Shown: positions 1 to 9,912, counted from the first letter of the stretch. The stretch: DNA of 64,000 nt from Candidatus Latescibacterota bacterium (GCA_965215195.1 CBDCDC010000002.1:3168001-3232000); one strand, 5' to 3'. The notes: a model not told the origin generated them from the sequence alone. Translations and numbers: made by a program.

Positions 1-224
1 TGGCCCTAACAGGCAACCCCTCGGAGTTCATCAATCCGCACAACGTTACACGACATTGGATGCCCCAATGAAACACATAGATGAATAGGCCACAGGCTAT
101 TCTCTTCGGGTACCGCTGTTGTGGAAAGAGCCGATTAGCCGGACGGCCGTTTTGAGCGTAGGCGTGGGCGTATTGGCCGTGATCTTGGTGGTTCAATAAA
201 ACGGAGCGACGAGGAAGGCGAATT

Positions 225-1013
225 ATGATCGATGATTCCTACAGTTCGGGAGCGAAGCATTACGACGCGGCCTACAGCGTCAAGGAGGATTTGCTGGACA
301 GGGACTTCTACCTCGATCTAGCCAATGAGTATGGTGGACCGGTCCTCGAGTTTGGCTGCGGTACTGGGAGAATTACCTTGCCGCTGGCGCGACGCGGTGT
401 TGATGTCACGGGGGTAGATGCTTCTCATTCCATGCTGGAGATCTTGCGCACCAAGCTCGCCAAAGAACGCGAAAGCGTACGACGGAGAACCCGAGTTATA
501 GAGGGAGATTTTCGCACCCATTCTTTGGGGGGTCGATTTTCCTTGGTAGTAATTCCCTTCAGACCCATGCAGCATATGTACACTACGGAAGATCAACTGG
601 CGGCCCTGCAAAACGCCGGGAGACACTTGGCCGAGGGTGGTATCCTCGCGTTTGATGTGTTCAATCCCCGTTTCGACAAAGTGCTGTCGGGCGTTGGCGA
701 AGAATACTTGGAGTTGGAGTGGCCGGCACAAGATGGGACCGAGCGGATGATCCGACGCTACTTTGTAAAGGACGCGATTGACCTGGTCAATCTGAACTTA
801 TCGGGCCGGTTTATCTTCCGCTTGTGCGAGGGGGATCAAGTTCTGTCTGAGGAGGTGCAGCCGTTGAAGATGAGTTTCTATACTTATCCTCACCTCAAAG
901 CGCTTTTCTGCGCCACAGGTCTCGAGAGTGTGGGAGAATTCGGATCATTTGATCGGAGGCCGATAGGGCCCGAGGCACCTGAAATGATATTCCTATTGAA
1001 GCGCCGGCACTAG
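225..1013 (+). CDS. Class I SAM-dependent methyltransferase
   Basis: Motif I VLEFGCGTGR, VTGVDAS, LAEGGILAFD; GAGGAAGG RBS. Confidence 0.9.
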   Translation: MIDDSYSSGAKHYDAAYSVKEDLLDRDFYLDLANEYGGPVLEFGCGTGRITLPLARRGVDVTGVDASHSMLEILRTKLAKERESVRRRTRVIEGDFRTHSLGGRFSLVVIPFRPMQHMYTTEDQLAALQNAGRHLAEGGILAFDVFNPRFDKVLSGVGEEYLELEWPAQDGTERMIRRYFVKDAIDLVNLNLSGRFIFRLCEGDQVLSEEVQPLKMSFYTYPHLKALFCATGLESVGEFGSFDRRPIGPEAPEMIFLLKRRH

Positions 1014-1161
1014 TCTGGCAAATGAACTTCAGGGCATTCGATGCCGAGCTATCGCACCTCTTGGCGGCATTTGCTGATGACAAAGGGGTTATCAGCTTCC
1101 GCTTGCAGGCGAGAGTAGCTTGGGGAAGGCCACTGGCATAGGCGGCGGAGCGGCCCGCAGC

Positions 1162-1211
1162 ACCTAACACCGTGCCCGGCTACGGGTTCGCGCAAGGCGA
1201 AAACGTTATTC
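1162..1211 (+). other. Degenerate, shortened attC-like site
   Basis: ACCTAAC (R''-like) ... aaaacGTTATTC (R'-like); shares CGGGTTCGC with the 2488-2597 site. Confidence 0.35.
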
Positions 1212-1245
1212 GAACCGAAAATGAGGGAATGGGACCTAGCCGACT

Positions 1246-1863
1246 ATGGAACCTAATTGGCTCACTTGGGCAAGAAAAATTCAGGCGATTGCTCAGAATG
1301 GTCTAGCATATTCCAAGGATCCCTTTGATATCGAGCGATTCGAGGAGTTATGCGAACTTGCTCTGGAGATCCTGCAAAATTACACGGCCTCAGATCTGCC
1401 AAGAATTCGGAGTCTGTTTGCTAGTGAGCATGGCCACGCAACGCCCAAAGTTGACGTGCGAGGTGTCGTTTTCAACGAGGATGCTATTCTGCTGGTCAGA
1501 GAGCGATCGGAAGGTACGTGGACGCTGCCTGGGGGATGGGTCGATGTCAACGAGTCGCCGAGCGAGTCTGTGGCGCGGGAAGTCTTCGAGGAGTCGGGCT
1601 ACCAAACGAAAGCGCTGAAGTTATTAGCCTGCTATGACCGAAACAGACACCCCCACCCTCCTCACCCGTATCATGTGTACAAGCTTTTCTTTCACTGCGA
1701 AATCGTAGGTGGAAGCCCAACCACAAGCTCTGAAACGGATGGCGTCGATTTCTTCAAGCAAGATGCCATCCCTGAACTGTCCACGGGTAGGGTAACTTCT
1801 GCCCAGATTGACCGTTTTTTCGATTTTTTGAGATCGCCAGATTTGCCAACTGATTTCGATTGA
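1246..1863 (+). CDS. NUDIX hydrolase with N-terminal Nudix_N domain (ADP-ribose pyrophosphatase-like)
   Basis: WLTWARKIQAIAQNGL N-terminus; Nudix box GGWVDVNESPSESVAREVFEESG. Confidence 0.92.
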   Translation: MEPNWLTWARKIQAIAQNGLAYSKDPFDIERFEELCELALEILQNYTASDLPRIRSLFASEHGHATPKVDVRGVVFNEDAILLVRERSEGTWTLPGGWVDVNESPSESVAREVFEESGYQTKALKLLACYDRNRHPHPPHPYHVYKLFFHCEIVGGSPTTSSETDGVDFFKQDAIPELSTGRVTSAQIDRFFDFLRSPDLPTDFD

Positions 1864-1992
1864 GATTTGCCTGAGGTAGATTTCGCTGCGTAGCTGCGTA
1901 GTTTATGTCAACCTGTATCACGCCGAGGAAGCCAGAGTCAAACTTGGATATGAATCGATCTACATCTTTTAGGGTACGGAAAGGGGGCAAAG

Positions 1993-2493
1993 ATCAGCTT
2001 CAACTCCTATTTCCGATCAGCTACGTCCGCTGACGCCGAGATTGTAGCGCGGATTTATGTCGATTCGTGGAACGCTGGATTTGGCGCACTGCTATCGCAG
2101 GCCGATAGGACTGTGACGCCAGCCCTTACTGAACGCTGGCACCATGATCTTGCTCAGCCTGTCCCACATCGTTGGTGGGTAGCCGAGCGGATGGGTTCAA
2201 CTGTAGGGTTCGTCGGCATTGGACCCAGCCGAGATCCGATGGATGCTCATCTCGGCGAACTTGATACGATCGCGGTCTATCCGTCGTACTGGCGCACAGG
2301 TATTGGCAAGGCATTGATGTCTGTCGCTTTGCGTTATCTGGTTGCAGACGGATACGAGGAGGCGATAGTGTGGACCGTAGAAGGCTACGAGCGCGGGATC
2401 GCTTTCTACGAGGCCATGGGGTGGTGCCGCGATGGTGGTGTTCGAGATGAAGGGCGACAAATCCGCTTCCGGCGCGACGTATCTACCTTATAA
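1993..2493 (+). CDS. GNAT family N-acetyltransferase (start uncertain: ATC at 1993 or GTG at 2113)
   Basis: RTGIGKAL acetyl-CoA motif, AFYEAMGW; open frame upstream of 2113 encodes FRSATSADAEIVARIYVDSW. Confidence 0.8.
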   Translation: MSFNSYFRSATSADAEIVARIYVDSWNAGFGALLSQADRTVTPALTERWHHDLAQPVPHRWWVAERMGSTVGFVGIGPSRDPMDAHLGELDTIAVYPSYWRTGIGKALMSVALRYLVADGYEEAIVWTVEGYERGIAFYEAMGWCRDGGVRDEGRQIRFRRDVSTL

Positions 2494-2597
2494 CACGTTG
2501 TTGCGCTGCGCTGATGCGCCTTGGTCTTCGGCAACGCACTTCGCGGGTTCGCAAACTTTGCTAGCCAAGTCTTCCGCATCTCTTAAAAACTTTATAC
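2488..2597 (+). other. Degenerate attC-like site
   Basis: TTATAAC overlaps the GNAT stop codon; ends aaaacTTTATAC (GTTATAC with G>T) just before the next gene. Confidence 0.4.
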
Positions 2598-2609
2598 AAA
2601 GGCAAGCAA

Positions 2610-3434
2610 ATGAGTGAAGATAAGATCGTCCAAAAAACAGAAATTCCCGCCACAGTCGAATCGTTGCAGGCTGACTTCCGCGCGCTTGGCGTCAAACCGG
2701 GGATGGTCGTGTTGGTGCATTCGTCCTTGAGTGCAATGGGATGGGTGTGCGGAGGAGCGGTGGCGGTCATCGTCGCCCTACAGGAAGCCTTGGGCTCGAC
2801 TGGAACGCTTGTGATGCCCGCCCACTCGCCCGACCTGACTGAACCGAGCAAGTGGGAAAGTCCGCCCGTCCCCGAGTCGTGGTGGCCGGTAATACGCGAG
2901 AACATGCCGGCCTACGATCCAGTGCTTACCCCCACTCGTTCTATGGGCATTATCGCAGAGACATTCCGCAAGCAACGAGGCATTCTCCGCAGCGCACATC
3001 CGCAGGTCTCGTTTTGTGCATGTGGACCCCAAGCACCGCGCATCACCAATAATCATGCATTGGCCTTTGGTCTAGGAGAGCATTCGCCGCTGGCGAGAAT
3101 CTACGATTTGCACGGCTTGGTCCTTCTTCTCGGTGTAGAGCATGGCAACAATACGTCCATGCACCTTGCGGAACATCGGGCGACTTTTCCAACCAAACGC
3201 GTCATCCAGCAAGGCGCTCCAATCTCCACGTCGGATTCGCGGAGATGGACCACCTTTGAAGATATTGACATCGACAGTTCGGACTTTGATCGCATTGGCG
3301 AGGACTTTCTGCGCTCAGACGCGGGCCGTGTCGTCCGTCGCGGCCGAGTTGGCCTTGCAGATTGCCAGCTCATGCCACAACGCGATGTCGTGGATTTCGC
3401 GGTTGATTGGCTCGAAGAGAATAGATCGAAATAG
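2610..3434 (+). CDS. AAC(3) / YokD-like N-acetyltransferase (Antibiotic_NAT family)
   Basis: VLVHSSLS, TLVMP, RSAHPQVSF, HSPLARIY, NTSMHLAE motifs. Confidence 0.92.
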   Translation: MSEDKIVQKTEIPATVESLQADFRALGVKPGMVVLVHSSLSAMGWVCGGAVAVIVALQEALGSTGTLVMPAHSPDLTEPSKWESPPVPESWWPVIRENMPAYDPVLTPTRSMGIIAETFRKQRGILRSAHPQVSFCACGPQAPRITNNHALAFGLGEHSPLARIYDLHGLVLLLGVEHGNNTSMHLAEHRATFPTKRVIQQGAPISTSDSRRWTTFEDIDIDSSDFDRIGEDFLRSDAGRVVRRGRVGLADCQLMPQRDVVDFAVDWLEENRSK

Positions 3435-3462
3435 ACCTATGTTGAATGAGGATGAGAAGCCG

Positions 3463-3897
3463 ATGCAACTACGCGGTAAGGTTGTCTGTGTATTTGAAAG
3501 ATACGGAACATTTCTGCTGTCCATTGCAAGAGATCCAAGTACTAGGGAAAATTTCTACTTGCCGGTCGGAGGCGGTATTGAGTTCGGAGAGTACTCTGTT
3601 GATGCGGTCCGCCGCGAGATAAAAGAGGAACTGGGCAAAGAAATCGTTAACGAGCGCCTTCTGGGCGTATCAGAGCATATTTTTATTTTTGCTGGGCAAA
3701 AGGAACATGAGATCGTTTTTACGTACCTAGCCGAGTTCAAAGATCAAGCTGCTTACAACGAAACGTTGACTGGCACCGAATCGAATGGCCAACCAATAGA
3801 ACTTGTCTGGATTACACTCGATGAATTGGCCAAGTCGACAATGGAACTGTATCCTAATGGCCTCTTCGAGCAGCTAGCGCAATTGGAAGTAGTATAG
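3463..3897 (+). CDS. NUDIX hydrolase
   Basis: Nudix box GGGIEFGEYSVDAVRREIKEELG; ATG at 3463 after GAGGATGAG. Confidence 0.85.
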   Translation: MQLRGKVVCVFERYGTFLLSIARDPSTRENFYLPVGGGIEFGEYSVDAVRREIKEELGKEIVNERLLGVSEHIFIFAGQKEHEIVFTYLAEFKDQAAYNETLTGTESNGQPIELVWITLDELAKSTMELYPNGLFEQLAQLEVV

Positions 3898-3944
3898 CCA
3901 AACCACAGCGACGGGCTACCTTCATTTTCAAAGGGAAAAGACCC

Positions 3945-4847
3945 ATGAGCAATCACATCGTCGTATCGAGCATTTCCTATGCCCCGATCAGCGGCACGGA
4001 CCAAGAGGTGATGGAGCAAACGCACGCGGATCTAAAGGATTTGGTGGGGCGGGTCGCCCGGGCCACTAGACCCGATCTGATCGTCTTGCCCGAGACCATC
4101 TGCCGGACTTGCGACGAGGAAGTGCCAGAGGGGCCGACGACTCGGCTGCTGGCCGGCTTAGCCCAGCAGTATGGCTGCTATATCACCGTGCCAGTGCATC
4201 AAAAGGAACGCAAGAGCGGGGCGGTCTTCAACGTCCTTGGGCTGCTCGACCGGCAGGGGGAATTGGCCGGTATCTACCGCAAGTACATCCCAGTGTACCC
4301 AGAGTTTGACCACGGCACTCGTCCTGGTCCAGGCGCGGCCCTAATCCAAACCGATTTCGGACCAGTGGGCGGGGTGATCTGCTTTGATCTGAACTTTGGG
4401 GAGTTGCGGGCCCAGTACAAAAAGCTCAAGCCGAAATTGCTGCTCTTTAGCTCCATGTATCACGGCGGGCTGGTGCAGAACTTCTGGGCTTTGGACGTGC
4501 AGGCATTTTTTATCGGCTCGGTGTACAAGGGGACGCCCTGCACCATTATCGATCCGCAGGGCACGACCTTGGCCCAAAGCAACAACTACCAGAGCTGGGC
4601 CACGGCGCGCATCAACTTGGACTACGAGGTGGTGCATCTCGACAAGAATCAGGCCAAGTACGACGATATCCATCGGCAATACGGCGAGGCCGTGCGCATT
4701 GTGACAGCCGGGCAGGTGGGTACTTCGGTAATCTACAGCGAGACCGCAGATCGTACCGCAGCCGATATCGTCGATGAATTCGAGCTAGTGCGGCTGGACG
4801 AGTACTTCGACTGGTCGCGGCAACTGCGGCTGGAGCATCTGGCGTGA
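3945..4847 (+). CDS. Carbon-nitrogen hydrolase (nitrilase superfamily)
   Basis: Catalytic triad contexts LPE, YRK, ICFD. Confidence 0.88.
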   Translation: MSNHIVVSSISYAPISGTDQEVMEQTHADLKDLVGRVARATRPDLIVLPETICRTCDEEVPEGPTTRLLAGLAQQYGCYITVPVHQKERKSGAVFNVLGLLDRQGELAGIYRKYIPVYPEFDHGTRPGPGAALIQTDFGPVGGVICFDLNFGELRAQYKKLKPKLLLFSSMYHGGLVQNFWALDVQAFFIGSVYKGTPCTIIDPQGTTLAQSNNYQSWATARINLDYEVVHLDKNQAKYDDIHRQYGEAVRIVTAGQVGTSVIYSETADRTAADIVDEFELVRLDEYFDWSRQLRLEHLA

Positions 4848-4899
4848 TCTGCGATTACCTCACAAACCGAGGACGCGCTCCGAAAGCTACAGGGCAAGA

Positions 4900-5844
4900 A
4901 TGAAAAGACTCACGCGAGCGGCATTTCAGAGAGCAAAGACCTTTGTCGTGGATCAGGGCCGGGAGTTGGACCGAAGGCGTTTTGAATTTCACTTTGAAGC
5001 CGGATCGGCCGATGCTGTTTTGGCCGCACTGGCCTCGTACCAAAACGACGACGGTGGTTTCGGCCACAGCCTCGAACCCGACCTCAGGACACCGGCTTCG
5101 TCTGCGCTTGCTACTGCGGTAGGCTTCCAGATTCTCAGGGAAGTTCGGGCACCTACGAGCCATGCGCTGGTGCGGAAGGGGATCGACTATTTTGTCGCCA
5201 CGTACGACGAATCCCGGCAGGTGTGGCCCATCGTTCCACCCGCAGTGGATGAGGCACCCTGCGCCCCTTGGTGGAACTACGAGAAAAGCGAGGAGACCTT
5301 CGGTCAGTTTCTGGTCAACCCGCGTGCTGAGATCGTCGGATATTTGCACGACTATGGAGAAAGAGTGCCGGCAGAATTGCTGAAGACGACGACTGCGGCC
5401 GCATTGGAGCAGCTAAATTCTCTGCCCGACGAAGTGGAGATGCACGACATCCTCTGTTTCCTCCGGCTCGCGGAGACGGAAGCTCTGCCAAATAGGGATT
5501 GGGTGTGGGAGAAACTGGCCCAGGCGGCCACGCATGGTGTCGCCCGGGATGCCGAGCAGTTGACTGGCTATGCTCTCAAACCCCTGTGGCTGGTTTCCTC
5601 GCCAAAATCACCGCTGGCCGCTGGGCTCGAGGACGAAGTGGAGATGAACCTCGACTTCGAGGTTGAGCAGCAGGGCGAGGACGGCTCTTGGTCCCCGAAC
5701 TTCTCTTGGGGAGATCAGTATCCAGAGGTATGGCCGACAGCTAAGAGGGAATGGCAGGCCAAGCTTACGGTCGATACCTTGAAATCGTTGAAAAATTTCG
5801 GCCGCATCGAAATCTCTAAAAGTTCCATTGCACCTGCGCCGTAA
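4900..5844 (+). CDS. Prenyltransferase/squalene-oxidase-repeat-like conserved protein
   Basis: YQNDDGGFGHSLEPD and QQGEDGSW repeats. Confidence 0.7.
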   Translation: MKRLTRAAFQRAKTFVVDQGRELDRRRFEFHFEAGSADAVLAALASYQNDDGGFGHSLEPDLRTPASSALATAVGFQILREVRAPTSHALVRKGIDYFVATYDESRQVWPIVPPAVDEAPCAPWWNYEKSEETFGQFLVNPRAEIVGYLHDYGERVPAELLKTTTAAALEQLNSLPDEVEMHDILCFLRLAETEALPNRDWVWEKLAQAATHGVARDAEQLTGYALKPLWLVSSPKSPLAAGLEDEVEMNLDFEVEQQGEDGSWSPNFSWGDQYPEVWPTAKREWQAKLTVDTLKSLKNFGRIEISKSSIAPAP

Positions 5845-6415
5845 CGCGATTGATGCGAATGGACTCTTCGTTGTGGAGGCCCTTTTGCTCGCCGAAGACA
5901 AAGTCGTGCTGAAAGCGCAAGGCCACTCGCAGGCGGTCGCTTAGCACGACTTCCCCCCCGACCCCCGGCGCGACCCCGAACAGGGTCTTGCCGACTCGGT
6001 CGTCGGCGTCGGGCAGTGAATAGAGCCCGGCGTCGAGCGACAGGTAGTAATTGAACGGCTGATAGACGTAGGACGAGCGGACTCCGCCCGAGTAGACGTT
6101 GATGCCTTGGTCCAATACGCGGGCAAAGCCTAGCTGGAAGGCCAGCCATTCCTCGATCATGTAGCCGGCATGGCCCCCCAAAACGAGATCGGTCTTCTCA
6201 TTGCTATTCCGCTCGAACCCAACCTCCGTCCTTTCCACCATCGCCGCCCCCAAAAAGCCCTCGGTATAGAAGCGGCCGTACTGAGCCGCATACCTATAGC
6301 CGCCTTTGCCGTACTCGCTGCCTTCGGGGCCGTCGGTGCGCCCCGGCGTCGCTGAATCAGCACGCGCCCCGGCAGCCAGCACCAACAGCGCGACAAGTGC
6401 TGTAATCCGTCTCAT
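5816..6415 (-). CDS. Outer membrane beta-barrel protein (OmpA-like 8-strand type)
   Basis: Signal peptide MRRITALVALLVLAAGARA; amphipathic strands; C-terminal VQWNF. Confidence 0.7.
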   Translation of the reverse strand: MRRITALVALLVLAAGARADSATPGRTDGPEGSEYGKGGYRYAAQYGRFYTEGFLGAAMVERTEVGFERNSNEKTDLVLGGHAGYMIEEWLAFQLGFARVLDQGINVYSGGVRSSYVYQPFNYYLSLDAGLYSLPDADDRVGKTLFGVAPGVGGEVVLSDRLRVALRFQHDFVFGEQKGLHNEESIRINRVTAQVQWNF

Positions 6416-6431
6416 ACTCGGCGTTCCTTTC

Positions 6432-7028
6432 TCAGAATCCAATGCTCTTTTTCTCAAAGTGCTTGGTAATTTCCTTGTGGTCGGTCCAGACGATCTGGGT
6501 AGTCGCAATGTCGGTCAGCTCAAAGGTCACCTTGTAGTAGATGACCTTGTTATTGCCCACCTGCTGCACGGTTGAGGTGATGACTCCGCCGAGCAAGAAG
6601 CGCGCACCCCGCTGGTTGCCCGGCCCTTGGGCCTCGTCTGGGCGCACGTAGCCCGAGCCTTGGTATTCGTACTCCTCGGCGATTTCCCGGCGCGCCGCCT
6701 TGTCGAGAAACCCAAACTGCCCGCTCTGGATCAGTGCCGTTTTGACGTGGTCGTACAGGGCCTGCATGTCGATGTGCTCGGCGGTCCGGTTGCGCGGCAT
6801 CTCCAAGATGACGAGCGGCTGCTCGGCGAGTGCCTGAGTGCCGGCCCAAGTCTCCATTGAGCCGATCATCTTCTTGGCCACTAGCTGCATATCGTTTTGG
6901 TTCCACTTGTCGTCAAGCATGGAGATCTCTTGCGGATCCCCGTACTCGCCGCGAGTGAAGGCCCTCGGGCCGCCGCAGGCCGAAAACCCCAAAGCCGCTA
7001 TTAGGGCGGCGAAAACGCAGTATCTCAT
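6432..7028 (-). CDS. lpoB: Penicillin-binding protein activator LpoB-type lipoprotein
   Basis: Lipobox FSAC; RNRTAEHID, YYKVTFELTD..T..IVWTD motifs; AAGGAG RBS. Confidence 0.8.
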   Translation of the reverse strand: MRYCVFAALIAALGFSACGGPRAFTRGEYGDPQEISMLDDKWNQNDMQLVAKKMIGSMETWAGTQALAEQPLVILEMPRNRTAEHIDMQALYDHVKTALIQSGQFGFLDKAARREIAEEYEYQGSGYVRPDEAQGPGNQRGARFLLGGVITSTVQQVGNNKVIYYKVTFELTDIATTQIVWTDHKEITKHFEKKSIGF

Positions 7029-7048
7029 TGGCGTAAGCTCCTTTCCTT

Positions 7049-7888
7049 TTAATCCCATTCGCACTGGAAATGGGTGCGCACTAAGTGCCAGCGGTCGGCC
7101 AGCATCGCGTCCTGCCGGTAGAGCACCTGTAGGCTGCATTGGCGCTCCAGCGACGAAGCCGGGTACTCGAACTCGAACTCCTGCACTCCCGCCCGATCCG
7201 CTTCGGGAATATCGGCCGAAGTGTAGATGTCTGGTTTGGTCGAAGTAAAGACGAGGGCCTTCTTGCGGCCGTAGGTCTTGAGCGGCACCTCGGAGGCAAA
7301 GGTAACGCGCCGCACCTTTTTGGGCAGCAGCAGATCGGTGTTGTCGATTAGCGCATCGCGCTGCCAGCGGCCAGCGAGGATGGCCTGCAAGTTGCCGATA
7401 AAGACCCGCTCCTTGTCGCCATCGGGCACGATCAAATAGAGGTAGCCCTTGCGCGCCTGCGTCGATATCGCGGCCACACCGCCCAAGCCCTCGAAGTCGA
7501 GGGAGATCGTCAGCCCAAACGAGCGATTGGGCGGCAGCGCGTGGAGCGACACGGCTTGGATCACCTGCTCGGCCACGCCGGCTTTCTTCAATTCCACCAA
7601 GGCATCCACCGAGGCGTCGCAGACGCAGCGCCGCTCCTCGAGCATCTTGACGATAGCAGCGGTGCCGAACTTGTTTGCGCTCAGCTTGCGCACGTCGTCG
7701 AGGCTCATCGGCAGTTGATCCGAGCGCTCGTAGTAGCGCTTGGGTAGCTGGCCGCCGTCCCAATCGACGATATTGATGATCGCCCCTTCGGCCAGTGGGT
7801 CCGTGATCTGATCGGCCGCTGGCGTGCTCTGCTGGGCCGCGGCCGGCAGGGCCAACGCCAGCGCGGCGATCCATAACTTGACGTACAT
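7049..7888 (-). CDS. Hypothetical exported protein
   Basis: Signal peptide; LVELKKAGVAEQVIQAV helical motif; AGGAG RBS; lies within the operon. Confidence 0.75.
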   Translation of the reverse strand: MYVKLWIAALALALPAAAQQSTPAADQITDPLAEGAIINIVDWDGGQLPKRYYERSDQLPMSLDDVRKLSANKFGTAAIVKMLEERRCVCDASVDALVELKKAGVAEQVIQAVSLHALPPNRSFGLTISLDFEGLGGVAAISTQARKGYLYLIVPDGDKERVFIGNLQAILAGRWQRDALIDNTDLLLPKKVRRVTFASEVPLKTYGRKKALVFTSTKPDIYTSADIPEADRAGVQEFEFEYPASSLERQCSLQVLYRQDAMLADRWHLVRTHFQCEWD

Positions 7889-7899
7889 GATTTTGCTCC

Positions 7900-9324
7900 T
7901 CAGCGAAAAGTGCGAAAGTTTAGGAAGACCTTTTCTCCGGCCGCCACCGCCACCTCGGGCAGCGTCTCCACGGCTAAGACCCGTCCCTCGTCGTCGAGCA
8001 ACTCTAGGGTTGGAGCGGCCGTGCCTGGTGCCACCGCCAGCCGGGCGATGCGGATGGCGTGTGGTAGCGCTAGCCAGCCGCGCGTGTCGGCCGCCTCGGT
8101 CGCCACGCCTAAGAGGTTGACCAAGCCGCCCAGCGCTTTGCCCAAACCCTCCTTGGCCCAGCTATCGTCCTCGTCCTCGTCGTCCTCAAATGCCTTTTCT
8201 ATGCCTTTAGACGCCAAATACTTGGCCAAGTTGCGGGCGACGGCGCGCAGCAAGATGGTGTCGAATTTCTGTGCAAAGGTCCGCTGGGCAATCGCGTCCA
8301 AGTCCTCGGCTTTGGCCGCCAGCGCACTCTGACCGCCAGCGCGCAACCGCACCCCGGCCACCTGCGAGGGGACCTCCCGGTATTCGGGCAGCGCCACCCT
8401 AAGCCAGTAATCCACTTGCTGGCGCTTATAGACGTGCGGATGGTGGTAGCGATAGACGGCCCGCTCCGACACTGCCCACACCTCCCGCTTTCCTTCGTCC
8501 TGCAAAATCGGCACGCTGAACTCAACTTGGTGCTTGCGCGGCACAAAGCCGCTCTCCACGAAGACTACCAACTCACTGTCGGAGGCCGGCTGCAACTCCC
8601 CTAACTCAAGCTGGTAGCGCTCGGTGTATTCCGCGACCTCGTCTTCGTATCCCAACCGCTGGGCCAGCCGCGCTAGGTCAATTATCAGCATCCGCGGCGC
8701 TTGCAGACCAAAGGCCGCTTCGTAGGCTTGATAGCCCTTTAGGGCATCTTTGTAGGAAATGTACGCGTCGTTCCACTCGCCCTCGGCCTCAAAAAAGAGA
8801 CCCGTCATGTACTGCAAAAAGGCGTCGTTCTTATAGCTGAGCTCGTACTCGGCCTGTTGCGCGTAATTTTCGAGCTTCAGGTTGGCCTTGCGGCACTCGA
8901 CTAATGCGGCCTGCCGGTCGCCCAGCCGAGCGTAGTTCATGGCGCGATAGTAGTGGATCAGGGCCAGCTCGAACTCCTCGCCGCGGTAGGCGATAATCGA
9001 ATCATTGGACAGCAGGGCCGCGATTTCGCGCGAGACCGAGCGGGTGTAGAGCTGGTCGCTTAGCCGCTCGGCCCGTTCAAACTCCAAGTTGGACGCCTCG
9101 TATTGGCCCTGATAGTGCAAAATCAGCCCTTTTTCTAGGTGGTAGAGCAGCTTGTTGGTCTTGCCGGTGGGCTTTTCCAGCCTACCGAGGGCCGCTTCGT
9201 AGTTGCCCTTTTCTAGCTGGTTGAGCGAATGGGACACATAGCCCGAATAAGCGGCCCCGCAACCGCTCAACAAGAGCAGCAGGACGACGCTGAGACCGAT
9301 GACCGATCTGCTGCTTTCCTGCAT
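7900..9324 (-). CDS. COG3014-like TPR lipoprotein
   Basis: Lipobox LSGC; YRGEEFE, ALVECRK, EAADTRGWLALP motifs; usually found with lpoB. Confidence 0.8.
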   Translation of the reverse strand: MQESSRSVIGLSVVLLLLLSGCGAAYSGYVSHSLNQLEKGNYEAALGRLEKPTGKTNKLLYHLEKGLILHYQGQYEASNLEFERAERLSDQLYTRSVSREIAALLSNDSIIAYRGEEFELALIHYYRAMNYARLGDRQAALVECRKANLKLENYAQQAEYELSYKNDAFLQYMTGLFFEAEGEWNDAYISYKDALKGYQAYEAAFGLQAPRMLIIDLARLAQRLGYEDEVAEYTERYQLELGELQPASDSELVVFVESGFVPRKHQVEFSVPILQDEGKREVWAVSERAVYRYHHPHVYKRQQVDYWLRVALPEYREVPSQVAGVRLRAGGQSALAAKAEDLDAIAQRTFAQKFDTILLRAVARNLAKYLASKGIEKAFEDDEDEDDSWAKEGLGKALGGLVNLLGVATEAADTRGWLALPHAIRIARLAVAPGTAAPTLELLDDEGRVLAVETLPEVAVAAGEKVFLNFRTFR

Positions 9325-9447
9325 ACGTGATTCCGTCCATGGCCCTCGCGCCGGCGACATGGATAAAGACTCCGCGTTAGGTCCACCAGATTGACCGTGT
9401 GTCATGTATAACACCTAAGCGAGGGAAAGTGTCCCTATTATTATACG

Positions 9448-9816
9448 TTATACGCGCTCGACCCGGATCGGCGCACCAGCGCACACGGCTGCCAACGTCC
9501 GCGGCGCGCCTTCGATTTGCCCGAGGACATTGACCTTGCTTACCAGCCGGCACTCGTCGCCTTGGGAGATCGGGGTCGGGCCGTAGGGTAGAGCTAGCGA
9601 TTGCCCCTCAACCCAAAAGCACACCGCGCCTTTTTCGACAACTTGACGGGCGTCGGGTTCCAGCGCGGACTGCACGGGTATCTCGAAGTAAATTTCCTCG
9701 CCCCAAGTGCTCGCTATCGAGGTGCAGGGTAGGGCTGCCCAGACCTTTTCGGCCGTCGGCGTAGCGTCCAAAATCGCCTCGACCGCGCCGTCATCCCAGC
9801 TAATCCGAATCCGCAT
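9448..9816 (-). CDS. Cyclophilin-like fold protein (DUF369/TM1367 type)
   Basis: TWGEEIYFEIP, FWVEGQSLALPYGPTP. Confidence 0.8.
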   Translation of the reverse strand: MRIRISWDDGAVEAILDATPTAEKVWAALPCTSIASTWGEEIYFEIPVQSALEPDARQVVEKGAVCFWVEGQSLALPYGPTPISQGDECRLVSKVNVLGQIEGAPRTLAAVCAGAPIRVERV

Positions 9817-9912
9817 GGCACTCCTCCTGAAAACTTGCCCAAACCTTTGAGCCATCTTAATATAGGTGCCCATTTATCGGCTGCAAAACCGCCCATCGCA
9901 CAGGTAAAAATC

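Noticed and set aside
2610-3434. Bona fide aminoglycoside resistance gene
   Set aside because: YokD-like family membership alone does not establish resistance
6432-7874. 480-aa ORF and similar long N-terminal extensions (3142, 17163, 35499, 37474, 38666, 50170)
   Set aside because: The extensions overlap upstream genes in other frames; true starts with RBS or family N-termini lie downstream
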